Part shown: in pieces, positions 39,401 to 53,800 of the stretch
Numbering within the stretch: the first letter of the stretch is position 1
How the letters are laid out: every line of letters starts with the position of its first letter
Program-made: the position numbers and the translations under genes
Notes under the pieces: model-generated
Seen by the model: only the letters and a program-made list of their open reading frames with translations
What the model was told of the DNA's origin: nothing
The model's database searches: none
Source: Octopus bimaculoides
Taxonomy: Eukaryota
Length of the DNA stretch: 64,000 bases
Reading direction: 5' to 3'
Assembly (NCBI RefSeq): GCF_001194135.2
Contig: NC_068984.1
Span: forward strand, 36,862,986 to 36,926,985

Positions 39401-40529
39401 GGTAATTTAAAATGTTTTTAATTTTTTCTATCGATATTTTCTATCGTGAGCAAAACGGATACAGTCTCACCAACAGGATTCATATATAAACATTGAAAAT
39501 ATAGTTGCAATAATTTTTTCATACATAATATTTTACAATATGTTTGTGTGAACTTGTCCTCAAGGGATAAAGTATATGCAGAATGAAAGACGAAATAATG
39601 TGAACACAAACGGCAAATAAATACATTAAAATATACATAGAAATAATTGAATGTGTTTAATAACATTAGAGAGGCGGAAAAACTCATCTCACATTAGATT
39701 CTGATTATAAAAATCCTATGAAAATATAACATTTTAACAATATTCGATAAAACTAATGCGGAATGTGTGATACAGAAATAAGAAATAGCAGCAGTAATAA
39801 TGTAAATAAGGAAAGGTAAATAATGAGAAAACATAAACAAACGGGAAAATAATAACATAAATGTTAACTATTATAATAACATTAACGATGATGTTAATAA
39901 TAATTATTATTTCTTTATTTAAATATTAACAATGCCATTTGAAAAAACGGAAATTGCTAAAACTGACATATGAAGGATTTTACTAATATAATGGAGATAT
40001 AGTTGGAGTATGTATGCTTTAAGGGAGCTGCACTAAAGATTCATTTTTGTGTACAACAATATCTTATTTGATAAAACTATTTATTTGGATGATGTATGAA
40101 GGAATATTTTTTTAACGTGTTTATATTTCACCAAAATTTCATTTACAGATATCGCAGAATAAATAAAGCATAACTTCCGATTGTTATTGTTACATGTAAC
40201 GTACGCTTTAATGTGCATAAAACTCCTCGTAAACTACATACATAAATGTGTAGGTTTTCTGCACGAATATATTAACCAAGTGTACTTGTAACAATGGTTA
40301 TTTTAAAGGATTCACAAGTTTATTCGTATATACTTAGAGGTACAGCAACCACCCACAGTGAGTAGGACTTATCAATAGCTTGTACCATGTTTTTATAAAC
40401 TACTCTAGATGTTCCAGTAAACGTAAACATACACTCTCGACGTCTTCAAACTCGAAAAATCTGAACATTTGTGATGCGAAAGCTGAAGGAGGGAGAAATT
40501 ACTTTACGAGCACCTAACATAGTACTCTC

Positions 40530-40608
40530 TTCCTCAATTTCAGCTGACTGGTCTAGAGCAACGTGAAATGAAGTGCTTTATTTAAGGACGCAACGCGCGT
40601 CTGGGGCA

Positions 40609-40664
<56 letters not shown>

Positions 40665-41000
40665 TATTATTATTATTTATTCAGCCGAGGTCGACTTTGC
40701 CTTTCATCCTTTCGGGGTCGATAAATTATGTGCCAGTGAAACACTTGGGTCGATGTTATCGACTATACTCCTCCCCAAAATTTCAGACTTTGTGTCTAAG
40801 TAGGAAGGATCATCTTTATTATCATTATTATTAATCATTATCATTGAAGTATTGGACTGGCACAAATGTATCAGCGTTGGAAAAAATGCTTTGCAGTATT
40901 TGTTCCCGATTTTACAGTCTGAGTTCAAATACAGCCGAGGTCAACTGCGCCCTTCTAGTTTTCGAGGTCGATGAAAGAAATCCCAATCAAATACATTCAA
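40530..41000 (+). mobile_element. SINE cluster with an (ATT)n tract
   Basis: 'gccgaggtcgactttgcctttcatcctttcggggtcgataaa' at about 40684-40725 and a second, more decayed copy at about 40935-40975. Confidence 0.85.
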
Positions 41001-42703
41001 GTTCAATGTATACTATGACCTCAGTATCCTCACCTTTACTTCTACGCTACAGTGAGCCAAAAACAATACAAAAATACACCATCAAATCAAAATAAATCTC
41101 TCAACATGCTTTTATACCCCTTTGCTACACAATTACTTTCCCTGTCTACCGGCACCATATTACCCCACATTCACCTGCCTATCAAAAAGACAACCTGCCA
41201 AAGTGTATATAAATTCTGAATCAAAATAAATCACATTTCGATGAAGGCGAGCAAACCAAATATCTGAAGTGATTGTCAACTTTTAATTTTAACTTTTTCG
41301 CAAAACTTCTTGTTTATGCGCCCGTGCGTGTGTGTGAGTGAGAGTTTTATTGTGTCTTTTTTTTTTTTTTTTTGCAATATAATTTTATACTATTCTGTAA
41401 AGTAGTAGAATAAAATTCATAGAATCAGAAAAAACACAAATTACATGAACATTTGTCCACGTTACTGACAATAAAGTCTTTCTCTAGTATTCGATAATGG
41501 AACCTGGCTTCGTAGTAAAATATTTGTCTGCACAAAAGATATTGGTTTGCTCCTTACAAAGCCAACCTTCACAAGTTTGAATGAACCATCCCGGTGAGAA
41601 ATAATTAAACGATGATAGCCAGACTCAAATAGCATCAGCCAACTCTCACTGAAAAATCGGTTTTCATAAAGCGTATATCCAATGAATAGTAATTATGAAG
41701 CAAAATATTTTAGGTATGCACTCACTGTCATGGCATTAAGTACATTACACATTAACGTAAATATATCTAAAGTCATGAAACCAGCCTATCTGTTATATTT
41801 ATCCTAGCTTATTTTACATATGCATAAGTTCTATATAGTGAGGTTAGCAGTTAGGAAATGCAATATCTTATTTGTGTACTGCTATTATTTATTGCTCAAC
41901 TTGCAAGTGAAGTAAATTATAAATGTGCGTCTGGATTAGCTGCTAAAAATATAACAAATGCCTGTTGATGTTTCAAGGGAATATCATTTCTATGATTGGA
42001 ACGTGCTTTTAAGTGAACGTAGAATACAAGCGGCAGTATTTGAATCGTATTTTTTTTTTATCTGCATTGCTGTACTTGAGGACACTGAAATTTTGTGAAT
42101 ATCTGAATTATGTCAGTTACAGAATGAGTGTATGTTGCTTTACATTGTTTTTCTTTTGTATTCTGAATATTGTCTCTTATGAAAGAGATATATACAAAAA
42201 TACGTTATGTACACCAATATGTCAACCACGATACCTTTTGGATTGTAGACAGAATTTATAGCCCGGAAAAAATCTTCATGGTACCATGATATTTCGTACC
42301 ATTTAGTTCATTGACGGCCATATGAGAGATTATTTTTATTTCAAAAATGTAAAAGAAATTAATAATAAATACCGGGCTGTTATCGCATTTTTTGTCTCCT
42401 CAAATTGAAACTGTGAAAACGGGAAAAGTTTGAACCTAACAACATTACAATGACTTGTGTAAGATAGTTCCTTTTTACAATATTTGATGTCTTTACTAGT
42501 AGTAGTTATGCTTGATACTGAAAATAATTTGAAATATCGAAACAAATGTGTTATATGTAGGGAGGGACTGAATTGTGCACTTTGTACACTTTCAAAAAGA
42601 TTTAGGAGACCACCTTAAATATATCAACTATGTATTGAATAGAATCTCATTCTCCGACATATCCAATCGTAATAAAATAATACTTATTTAATCTTAGAAT
42701 AGT

Positions 42704-42711
<8 letters not shown>

Positions 42712-42768
<57 letters not shown>
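42712..42768. repeat. (TAA)n microsatellite
   Basis: Perfect trinucleotide run. Confidence 0.95.
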
Positions 42769-43549
42769 TAGTATGACACTTGCATTCAAAATTAAGTTAA
42801 AAATTCTATTTTCTGATGTAATTATATACAATAATATTCCACTAAAAAGGTGTAGCCGATTATTTCTATCAACGATAGCCCCACAGACATAAACTTACAT
42901 ATTTTCAAGCTGAATGCATTAATTGCATTTATCTCAAAAAGCCTGCAAAGCTCAAGGGCACAGAACCTTGCTTTAAAGGAAACCTTAAGTAACAAAGATA
43001 TAGGTATCTTAGCCCACATACATACACATGCACGCATATATATGTGTATAAATAAAAATACACACACGCACATGCATACATGCATGCACACATACATACA
43101 AATATACATACATACATACACATATACATACATACATACATACATACATACACACTTGATGCCTGTAAACTCGTGTTCGAATATTGCTACCACATGATCG
43201 AAAGTCCCAGACATTCAATGTTTGTGCAGTTGTCTATGAGTGTTTGTTGTGATTGCTGGGGTTGTATTGCGTGTATATATGTGTGTGCTTTTCCTTTGAG
43301 TGCGTGTAAGTGATTTTTTACTGGGGAAGGGGCATATTGTGTTTGTTTATGTGAACATATGTGTGTATATATGTATGTGTTTTTTTTCTTGGAATGTGTA
43401 AGGGTTTGTGCTCGAGTGTGGGGCTATATTGTTTGTGCGTGTGTGTATATGTATGTGCGTGTGTTTGTGTGGGAGGTTTGCATTGTATTTGTGTGTGTTT
43501 GTACATCTTTGTGTGTTTGTTGTGGATGTGTACTTGGAGGTATGTTAGA

Positions 43550-43840
43550 GTGTGTTGAGTTGTAGTCTGTATTTTTGAATAAGAATATTTTCTTTATGTA
43601 TTCATGTTTGGTCAGTAATGTACTCTGGGCATTGGTACAGTGGGACAACTAGGAATTTGGGGAACTGGTTTTCACTATAGAGATCTAAGAGGCTACTAAG
43701 TGGTATCTGTCTTGTGGTGGGGTCCGTCAATTGTTGGTGGTGAACTGTCATCCTATCTGTGAGGGTAAGACTAGCTTGCCCTATATAGCTTTTGTAGCAC
43801 CCTTCACATTTAATAGCATGGAGTAAATTCTTTGATAATC
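43550..43840 (-). mobile_element. Penelope-like element GIY-YIG endonuclease fragment
   Basis: KNLLHAIKCEGCYKSYIGQASLTLTDRMTVHHQQLTDPTTRQIPLS...HKENILIQKYRLQLN carries the C..C...YIG..., R...H and E...I......LN motifs. Confidence 0.85.
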
Positions 43841-45341
43841 TTTTTTTTTAAAAAGTAAAACTTGTCAAGTCAATAAACATCTGTGAAAGACCTCTGCATT
43901 TCAAACCCTCTTTCCTATATCTATATATCTATCTATCTATATANNNNNNNNNNNNNNNNNNNNNNNNNNNNNNNNNNNNNNNNNNNNNNNNNNNNNNNNN
44001 NNNNNNNNNNNNNNNNNNNNNNNNNNNNNNNNNNNNNNNNNNNNNNNNNNNNNNNNNNNNNNNNNNNNNNNNNNNNNNNNNNNNNNNNNNNNNNNNNNNN
44101 NNNNNNNNNNNNNNNNNNNNNNNNNNNNNNNNNNNNNNNNNNNNNNNNNNNNNNNNNNNNNNNNNNNNNNNNNNNNNNNNNNNNNNNNNNNNNNNNNNNN
44201 NNNNNNNNNNNNNNNNNNNNNNNNNNNNNNNNNNNNNNNNNNNNNNNNNNNNNNNNNNNNNNNNNNNNNNNNNNNNNNNNNNNNNNNNNNNNNNNNNNNN
44301 NNNNNNNNNNNNNNNNNNNNNNNNNNNNNNNNNNNNNNNNNNNNNNNNNNNNNNNNNNNNNATACATACATACATACATAAATACATACATATATATATA
44401 CATACATACATGCATATAAAATACAGAGTACGATATAAGACAAAACGATCAAGAGTATAAAATCATAAATGACGGAAATAGTTTGATGAAATTTTATTTA
44501 ACAATAAGAAAATTCTAATGTCACGCCAAATTGTTTCGTAACTTTAAAACAGGTAAACAGTATGTTTTTATATTTAATAATAAATAAGTTACTTAGATGT
44601 CTACGTTAATGCAAAATCCAAAGAATCCTAAAAGACAATGCAGAATTTTAGCTACGTAGCTTATATATATATATATATATATATATATAACGCTAAGTAT
44701 TTTCCTGTTTCCTTTGACATGCATTTGCGTTTATAATGAACCTTAGAAATATCCTTTCCACATTCTTCTTGTTATAATTTCTTCTTCCAATTTTAGATCC
44801 AGCGCTTTGACCTAATCATTCTTTTCGCACGCACACTCCTTCATTTACATCATTCTGTTACCTTCATAAGTAAAATGTCCGACATTATCGTGTACATGTC
44901 AATGTAACTGAGTTTATTTCTAACCAGACACTTCGCAAGGACTAAGAACCTAAGTCAAGTATCTCAAGCATCAGGACATGGCGAAGTAATATCACTATAA
45001 TTGCATTTAAATCTGCATCAGAAACTCAGCTACCCTTTCTAGTCTTTAGTTCTTTAGTTTATTATAAACTTAAAATTCTTGCAACGGGATTTGAACATTT
45101 ACATTGATTGCTATTGTGAACATCAAGTAAGAGTCTGTATCGTATTCCGTATGTCATTTTTTTTTCTTCATTCATCTACCTAAAGAGGTCTTGAAATTCA
45201 GAACACGCGATACAGCCTGTTGAGATTTCGCTAACTCAGGCTATATATCAGAATTTCTGTCTCTCCCTCTGTCTCCTTTCTCTTTCTCTCTCTCTATTAC
45301 TCTATTACTATATATATATACCAAACATACATACGCACATA

Positions 45342-45413
<72 letters not shown>

Positions 45414-46149
45414 TTCGCACACGCGTATACATATATACATATCATATATTTGTTTGCTTGTCGTAAATTCAATAACAGCATTTAAGAAAATAAACAGCGA
45501 GATAGCTTTAAGTATTCTTAGAATGGAACATGATATATAGTGTGTATAAATTGATTCAATATCGATATAATATATCAAGATGAATCATCAAATAAAATAT
45601 ATCAAACATGATGATTGGTGAAAGATTCGTTTGATAGATACTGACATTAAATATTTCGTACATTCAGATTTTTTCTGCTTCATTTATCCTATTCTTTCTT
45701 CTGCTGTGTTTTTGATTTTGTTTTTGTAACTGTTTCGTCTTATATATATATATGTATTTTCTTGGTTTTGTTCCTTGAAGATCTAGAACAGCAAAGTTGC
45801 CTGACATTTGAAGTAAAGATCATTTCGCCGTGGGCTATAAGATTACAGTGAAATAGTATTCATTGTAATAAAAGAGAATCCTCTAGACGAGGAGAAGGCA
45901 AAAAAGATTGTTCGTAGCAGTAGATATTGATGAAGATCATTATTTAAGGAGATTTTGCATTATGCTTCAGCAAAATTAAAAACTGATTTCAATGTCACTA
46001 CGATAGAAATACTTGTTAATACAAGCTTACAAAAAGTAACGTTTAAGCCAAGATTCTTTAAGTAGCCAAAAACAAAAGAAAACCCTCTAACATTATTTGA
46101 ATATATTCCATTTTCACACGTATAAGTTTTTTTCTCCCGTATTCTTTTC

Positions 46150-46360
46150 TATTCTAGGCACAAAGTCCGAAATTTTGAGAGAGGTGGGGGGCACTCGATT
46201 AGAACGACCTAAGCACGCAACTGGTACTTAATTTGTCGACCTCTAAAGGATGAAAAGCAAAATTGACCTCGGTGGAATTTGAACTCAGAACCTAAAGACA
46301 GACGAAATACCAGTAACCATGTCTCCCGGCGTGCTAACGTTTCTGCCAGCTCGCCACCTT
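46150..46360 (-). mobile_element. SINE
   Basis: 'gatgaaaagcaaaattgacctcggtggaatttgaactcagaac...ccggcgtgctaacgtttctgccagctcgcc'. Confidence 0.85.
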
Positions 46361-46749
46361 TTTTCTCCCCTATTTTTGGGGTTTTATATATATGCATCTA
46401 TATATGTGCGCGCGTGTATGAGAGTGAGTGAGAGAGTGAGTGAGAGAGAGAGAGAGAGAGTGGGAGTTTAGTGGAGTAAATTTTATCCTTCTTTTTGAAT
46501 AACAGATCTGTGTGTATGAGACAAAATTCCCCAATATTCCAAACGTATCAGGAATTCTGAATAAAGTAGTCAATCAATACCACAAACCCTAGTACACAAT
46601 AGCTTTCGGTCCCGAAAGCATGAGAGGCAAAATTGAGCTTAACCCGGTACGAAATGAGAATGTAACGTGTTGAAACATCTACCTAAAGGCAGTTTTCGAA
46701 ATTTTCTAACGATACGACTTTCTCAGTGTCTTTTTGCTGCAATAAACAA

Positions 46750-46975
46750 TTAAATAACGGTTTCTGTATTAGGCACAAGAAGGTTTTGAAAAGTGATTAT
46801 GCAATATCGACTGAGCTTGGTAGTTGACTCGTACTTTACGTTATGAAATCCAAAAGAATGACAGGCGAAAATCGATCTCGGAGTAGTTGAAACTCAAAAC
46901 GTAATGACTGGCGAATTGCAGTTAAGTATGCTGTTCCGTGTGCAAACGATACCGCCAGCTCGCTGCCTTGCTGTG
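46750..46975 (-). mobile_element. SINE (more decayed)
   Basis: Same module as 46150-46360, ending 'ccagctcgctgcctt'. Confidence 0.7.
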
Positions 46976-47116
46976 GGAGCTAAGAGGTTTTAATAAATGT
47001 ACAATGCAACGTAGTTTAGAGGTTGGTCCACCTACGAGCCACTTTGAGCCAGTTGTTTTCCTCCTATTACCTTGAGTAATCCAATGACGTAATAGTGAAA
47101 TTTGATACACGGGATT

Positions 47117-47157
<41 letters not shown>

Positions 47158-47199
47158 CTCCACAACATAACACTTTACACTAAGCACTGAGAAGAACAC

Positions 47200-49700
47200 A
47201 AAAAACAACCTACACTTTCGATGACATTCCTGCTAAATGTACGTGGCATCACACATCACTCACTGCCCAAAAATGAAAGATCCCATACATAGAGAGTTTA
47301 CTTGCCGAAAAGGCACACTGCATCCTTTTCTTTATCCTTACAGTAACTCCACTAAGCAACACTCATATGGATGCCGAGGAAAAAATTAAAAAATTCACCA
47401 TCATCCGTGCAGATCGCACAGACCGAAATAAAGGAGGAACAGCCATTCTTTTCCATGAAGCCTTTGAAATTGAGGTCAACGGCATATTTTCCAATAGCTA
47501 CTGTAAATCCATATCATTATTCAACAAGGCCAACGGCATAGCAATGGTAGGTCTCTACGGGCCTCCCTAAGCACCTCTAAAGTGCTTTGAAGAATACCTC
47601 AACAAAATCAAGTCCTCCCTTCAAAATACAGTTCGGGAAACATACTAGTAATGGGTGATTTTAACTTCCCTTATGTAAACAGGCCCACAAACATTCTGAT
47701 GGTAGGCAACTGCACTAAATCAGATAAAATAGCAGCAAAATTATTCTTTAATCTAATGGATGAATTTTTCCTAACACAACTAGTGCTCGAACCAACAACA
47801 CAGAATAAAACGATCCAGGATCTGATATTAACAAATCTCTCTAGCTCCATTCACAGCCTTTCTGTTGAAAAGACTCCCCTCTCGGACCACGATTCTACAA
47901 CTTTAATTTCTGGCATATCGAAACCAAATCAGTCAATCCCACACCAGTGCACTTATTCGACAATATAAACTTCCACAAAGCGAACTGGAGAGCAATTACG
48001 AAGGATCGGTCCTTTCTTAACTAGCCCTTCACTCTCAGTTCATCTAAGATTGAAACCACATGGTTGCAATTTGAGCGGCTATACATGATCAAAACACGCT
48101 CCTACAAAATTCACTAGCATAAACAGAAACAGACTCCATAGGGAGAAAAAAACATTCATCAATAGCATCAAAAGACTTAATAATAATAAAATCAATCAGT
48201 TAAAATACTCCAACAAATAGTATCCACATTCAGCAACAATAAAACGGCTTGAGTTGGAAAAGCTTCATTTGCAGCATCATAAAAACCTGCATTGAAAATC
48301 AAAGAGCTGCAGAGAATTAATTAGTGGGTAATCAAAAAAATCAAACACAACCCAAACGTGTTCTATTCATATGCAAATAAGCATAGAACCACTGTCTCAC
48401 CCGTTGGCCCACTGATCGATGATAACGGCTTTCTCCAACTTGATGCTAAGGAAATGGCAGAAGTATTGCAGAAACAATACTGCTCTGTCTCTTGTGATCA
48501 CACTGAAATCGACACGGAATGTGAATGAAGTCGATCCTTAACATATAATCTTGGATATGAATTTTACTGCTTCAGATATAAAAGCAGCAATAAATGAGAT
48601 CAAATACTATTCTGTTGTATGCCCTGATATTCCCCTCTAGTCTCCTGAAGGAATCTAGACACCAGTTTTCAGCCCCTCAAGCCAAAATCTGGAGAAATTC
48701 TTTAGACTCAATTTATACACCGAAACAGCTCTTATCTCAGTCTGTCATCTCGCATTTCAAACAGGGAAACAGATCTCTCGGAGTCAGCTATCACCCAGTC
48801 TCCCATATCATCAAAGTGTTAGAAACGGTGTTGATATTTAAGGATAGCTTGCTTAATGGAGAACCACAATCTCCTAAATTGAAACCAGCATGGCCTTCGA
48901 TACGACAGGGACTGCCTAACGCAGTTCTTGCAATACATAGATGATGTTCGTATAGACTTGGGATCGGTTCGAAATTTTGATGTCATTTATCTTGAATTCA
49001 GTAAAGCGTTGAACTGAGTCGACCACAATCTCCAAATGTCAAAATTGACAAATGTTGGGATCCGTGGTAAACTGCAACACTGGATTGAGTATTTCCTGGT
49101 GAACACATGTGATCGGTGGAATCTATTCAACCCCAGCAAAACTCACCAGTGGTTTCCCTCAGGGGACTTTCTTGGGCCCGCTTCTCTTTATAGTCTATAT
49201 AAACGAACTTTCCAGCATGATAAAACACAACAAAGTAAAAATATTCACTGATGACTCCAAGCTCCAGATAATTATCAACGGGAAGAAGACCGAACTGAAC
49301 TCCAGTCTGATCTACATGCCGTAAGTCAATGGGCAGATAAAAACAAAATGCATCGAAACGAGGGAAAATTTGAACTGCTTGCAGTTTGGAAGAAAGACTT
49401 TGCTAAAATAACCATATTCTCTTCCTTCAGGGAAATCACTCACAGCATTTATTGATATCAGAGACCTAGGGATAATTGTTGACAACAATCTCAGCTCGTG
49501 TGCGCACATGAGGGTCGATATAGTTCGGAGGATGAGCTCCTAGATACTAAGAACCTTCTGGTCCAGAGAACAAGGTGTCACGATTCCTCGTTTCTTCAAC
49601 GAATACCAGATAAGCCACCTATACTTGGACATAACTCTCTCTACAAATGGTTCCTTCTGGAATGGATCAAGATACAATAAAACTTGACTTAAAATGGATT
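47200..49700 (+). mobile_element. CR1-clade LINE ORF2 (APE plus RT), pseudogenised
   Basis: APE motifs IRADRTDRNKGGTAI, MGDFNFP, DLILTN and LSDH; RT motifs SGFPQGTFLGPLLFIVYINEL and KIFTDDSKL; multiple stops and frameshifts. Confidence 0.92.
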
Positions 49701-49816
49701 TAGCTAATCCTATTGTGCTATTAAGTTAGACATGTCCTGGACTAATCTTTTGTCTAAACATATCTAAGTTATCTAAGTTTTATATATATATTTGTGGGTG
49801 GGGAGTATGCATGTAC

Positions 49817-49866
<50 letters not shown>

Positions 49867-50103
49867 CCATATACATATTTGCATTGAGAACTACTTCCCA
49901 TCGCCAAGCAGTGTTTCTCACACGCCGATGATGGGTCAATACCAAGAAACTCGGGTCCGTGTGTATCACGTCAGGCTGGAGATGGGAACGATGATAGTCT
50001 GTCAATAGCCAGCTGGAGGAGATGTCTTCCTTGGGCTACAAGCAACAGTAGCATCAACCCTTAAGGTTAGACACATTTAGATGTCAAATATTATATATAT
50101 ATA

Positions 50104-50144
<41 letters not shown>

Positions 50145-50159
50145 GTGCGTGCGTGTGTG

Positions 50160-50204
<45 letters not shown>

Positions 50205-51078
50205 ATATATATACACTGCTTTTTACTTGTTTTCNNNNNNNNNNNNNNNNNNNNNNNNNNNNNNNNNNNNNNNNNNNNNNNNNNNNNNNNNNNNNNNNNN
50301 NNNNNNNNNNNNNNNNNNNNNNNNNNNNNNNNNNNNNNNNNNNNNNNNNNNNNNNNNNNNNNNNNNNNNNNNNNNNNNNNNNNNNNNNNNNNNNNNNNNN
50401 NNNNNNNNNNNNNNNNNNNNNNNNNNNNNNNNNNNNNNNNNNNNNNNNNNNNNNNNNNNNNNNNNNNNNNNNNNNNNNNNNNNNNNNNNNNNNNNNNNNN
50501 NNNNNNNNNNNNNNNNNNNNNNNNNNNNNNNNNNNNNNNNNNNNNNNNNNNNNNNNNNNNNNNNNNNNNNNNNNNNNNNNNNNNNNNNNNNNNNNNNNNN
50601 NNNNNNNNNNNNNNNNNNNNNNNNNNNNNNNNNNNNNNNNNNNNNNNNNNNNNNNNNNNNNNNNNNNNNNNNNNNNNNNNNNNNNNNNNNNNNNNNNNNN
50701 NNNNNNNNNNNNNNNNNNNNNNNNNNNNNNNNNNNNNNNNNNNNNNNNNNNNNNNNNNNNNNNNNNNNNNNNNNNNNNNNNNNNNNNNNNNNNNNNNNNN
50801 NNNNNNNNNNNNNNNNNNNNNNNNNNNNNNNNNNNNNNNNNNNNNNNNNNNNNNNNNNNNNNNNNNNNNNNNNNNNNNNNNNNNNNNNNNNNNNNNNNNN
50901 NNNNNNNNNNNNNNNNNNNNNNNNNNNNNNNNNNNNNNNNNNNNNNNNNNNNNNNNNNNNNNNNNNNNNNNNNNNNNNNNNNNNNNNNNNNNNNNNNNNN
51001 NNNNNNNNNNNNNNNNNNNNNNNNNNNNNNNNNNNNNNNNNNNNNNNNNNNNNNNNNNNNNNNNNNNNNNNNNNNNNN

Positions 51079-51160
51079 AAATACGTAAATTGTTTGTACT
51101 CTATTATATATAAAATATGTTGTCTATTGCTATTGATTTTATTATGCATGCTAGCTACCG
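51079..51160 (+). CDS. Possible signal-peptide-like exon truncated by a gap
   Basis: Open frame KYVNCLYSIIYKICCLLLLILLCMLAT(G) ending at a phase-1 donor ccg|gtaagaa. The start would lie in the gap. Confidence 0.2.
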
Positions 51161-51202
51161 GTAAGAAAACTTCTCTAAATTTTCTACTCTTATTATTTAT
51201 TT

Positions 51203-51239
<37 letters not shown>

Positions 51240-52437
51240 CGTGCGTGTGTGTGAAGTATATTTTCCACATAAATGCGGCTAACCACTAAGGGTGAATGCT
51301 ACTGTAGTTTGTAGCCCCAGGAGAACATCTCCTCCAGCTGCCTATTGACACACTTTCTGTGCCCAGTGGGTATTTGTATGTATGTATGTATGTATGTATG
51401 TACGTATATATATGAATCTATGTATATGTGTATGTATATTTTACTTTTCAGTTAAAGTAAGTTAAACAACGTACTCCATCTAATGAGCTACAGATATCAT
51501 TTAATGTAAACAGTATAAAGAAACGAGCTACTAGTATTTTGTTATTGTGAATACACGTGTCTAGGCTTGTTTTTAAGACGTGCCTTGCGTATTCAAACAA
51601 TATTTAACCTCTGAGCATATGGTCTGTTCTATTTGACAATCCGGACGCTGATGCATGAGTAATCACGAGAAAAAATCGAGAAGGTTGATGTAAAAGTACG
51701 AATACCTGCAGTAAAACAAAGAAAAGAAATACAATTAAAGTTACGTCCCCTTTGACCGTAAAAACAATAGTTAAACTAGTTATTGTAGCTACTTAGTGGG
51801 CTAGCCATTTAGGAGGTTTTGAATATCAACTTCACACCGTATACAATCAAGTAGGAATTGTAGAGAAATCCATGCTGTGCATAAGTAAATCTAAGAAATG
51901 CTATACATGCGTAACTGAAAGATTGCACATAATTCTTGATCGGAAACTTTCAGCAAATGCAAGCATGTGGAGAAATTTCGATTGGCGAAATGGATGACAC
52001 CACCGACTCCGGTTTGAACAGTTGTATTGCAGATCTTGTATTTTTCTCCACTGATTTATTCTACTACAACCATTAGTTTAATTATGGCGTTTATGGTCGA
52101 AGGGGACGTAACTCCAATTTCCTTTCTTTTCACTTTCCCTTTTCGCCTTTCCACTTTTTGGCATCAAATTTCTCATTTTTGTCATGTGATTTCTCATGTA
52201 TCACAGTCTTGATTTTCAAATAGAACTCACAATGTGCACAGACACAGAAAGTTGCTTTACGATATAAGACGTGTTGTAAAAATCTGTCAAGAAACCTGTC
52301 ATCACACCAAGAAACTATCAGTAGCTAGTATTTTTATGCGGCGTACATTAAATTTACATATATNNNNNNNNNNNNNNNNNNNNNNNNNNNNNNNNNNNNN
52401 NNNNNNNNNNNNNNNNNNNNNNNNNNNNNNNNNNNNN

Positions 52438-52472
<35 letters not shown>

Positions 52473-53589
52473 GTATGTTTGTGTGTGTGTGTGTGTAATA
52501 TAGCATATAAGGCAATAGAATAAGTACTTGTCTTCAAAATCTTTACTACGTTCGCTGTGAGACATTTTATTGGGTTCAATCTAAAGTGTGAAACCATTAA
52601 AGTAGCAAGTGTATACTACAACTACTCCCTTGATAGAGCAATGCCGTACATTCAGAGTTCATATAAATTTAAGTCTTGTATCCATTCTAGAAAGAGAGAA
52701 AATACACGATGTAAGACAGTAAGATGTAATTCTGAACTTAATGCAATATAAATATAATCCCAGTAGTAATGATTGCTAATATATATATAGGTGAAGAAGC
52801 TGACGGAGAGTGTAGTCGATTAAATCATCTCACGTACTTTAGTGTTACATATTTTCTCTGAGACGGAATGAGAAATAAACCTCAAAATGAAACTAATCTG
52901 AGACATCTAATTAATGCAATATTTTTAAGCGACAGCAATTTTGAGTTTCTTCTCTCAAATGATAATAACGTTAAATATATTAATATATTCTGACATAAGT
53001 GCAAGGCCAAACATTTCGGCAAAACATTTCGAGTTTTAGAGTGACACCAATGTTTGACATATTTCAGTTCATCGACCCAGAATGATAAAACGTTGAATTA
53101 ACTACACCAAAATACTTTCAGGCATTTAATGTGGAAACTGAATCTGCACATCACCATTCTAACAGCAAGCAAATGATTAAGGAAATATGCTGGATGGGAC
53201 ACATTTTAAATGGAATTAATTAGGACTAGAACAAGCAGGTATATTTAGGAAATTGTGTATGGTACAAATGAAATGCCAAGGTACAAATGAAATGTGCCCC
53301 GTCATAACGTGACTTTGTGTATTGTTGTTCAATCGACTTATGTAATATTTTTAATTATCAGTAAAAGTTCAACAGTTCAGAATTTGTGAATGATAAGTTG
53401 TTACATATTCTTACATAAGTTGTTTAGGTTTGCGGTTGTAATTATAAGATTTTTTTTATTATTCTTCGATGAAGAAACGATTTTACACCTCAACAAGATT
53501 AATAAGGATTTTGTTTCATGTTGACGGTTTTCTTTAAACAATGTAGTCGAATAATTAATTCAAACTGATTACAAATACTTTTCTTGTTT

Positions 53590-53800
53590 CTGTATGTGTA
53601 TGGTTTTCAGTCTGTTCAATGCCTGCATGGACGGGATATTTGGCTGGATGATGGTTCGATCGAGTTGTGGTGTGCTCGTTCGAGAAGCCAGGATCAGTGA
53701 CCTGGATTTCACTGATGAAGATCTTATTTTTGTTGAGTCTCTGTATGTCTTAAGGAGTAAGGAAGCAAAACCACTTGACCTTAGGATTCCATTACTTGTA
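53590..53800 (+). mobile_element. RTE-clade LINE RT fragment
   Basis: LFNACMDGIFGWMMVRSSCGVLVREARISDLDFTDEDLIFVES...EAKPLDL matches the RTE pattern 'LFN.CMD...CG.......DL.FADD.....S....EAKPLGL'. Confidence 0.85.

Noticed and set aside
42899-43008. Exon candidates on both strands here and at about 10016, 14696-14765, 15047-15095, 19981, 40319-40357, 41540-41594 and 45781
   Set aside because: Isolated splice-like motifs are expected by chance at this density, with no recognisable peptide or consistent chain.
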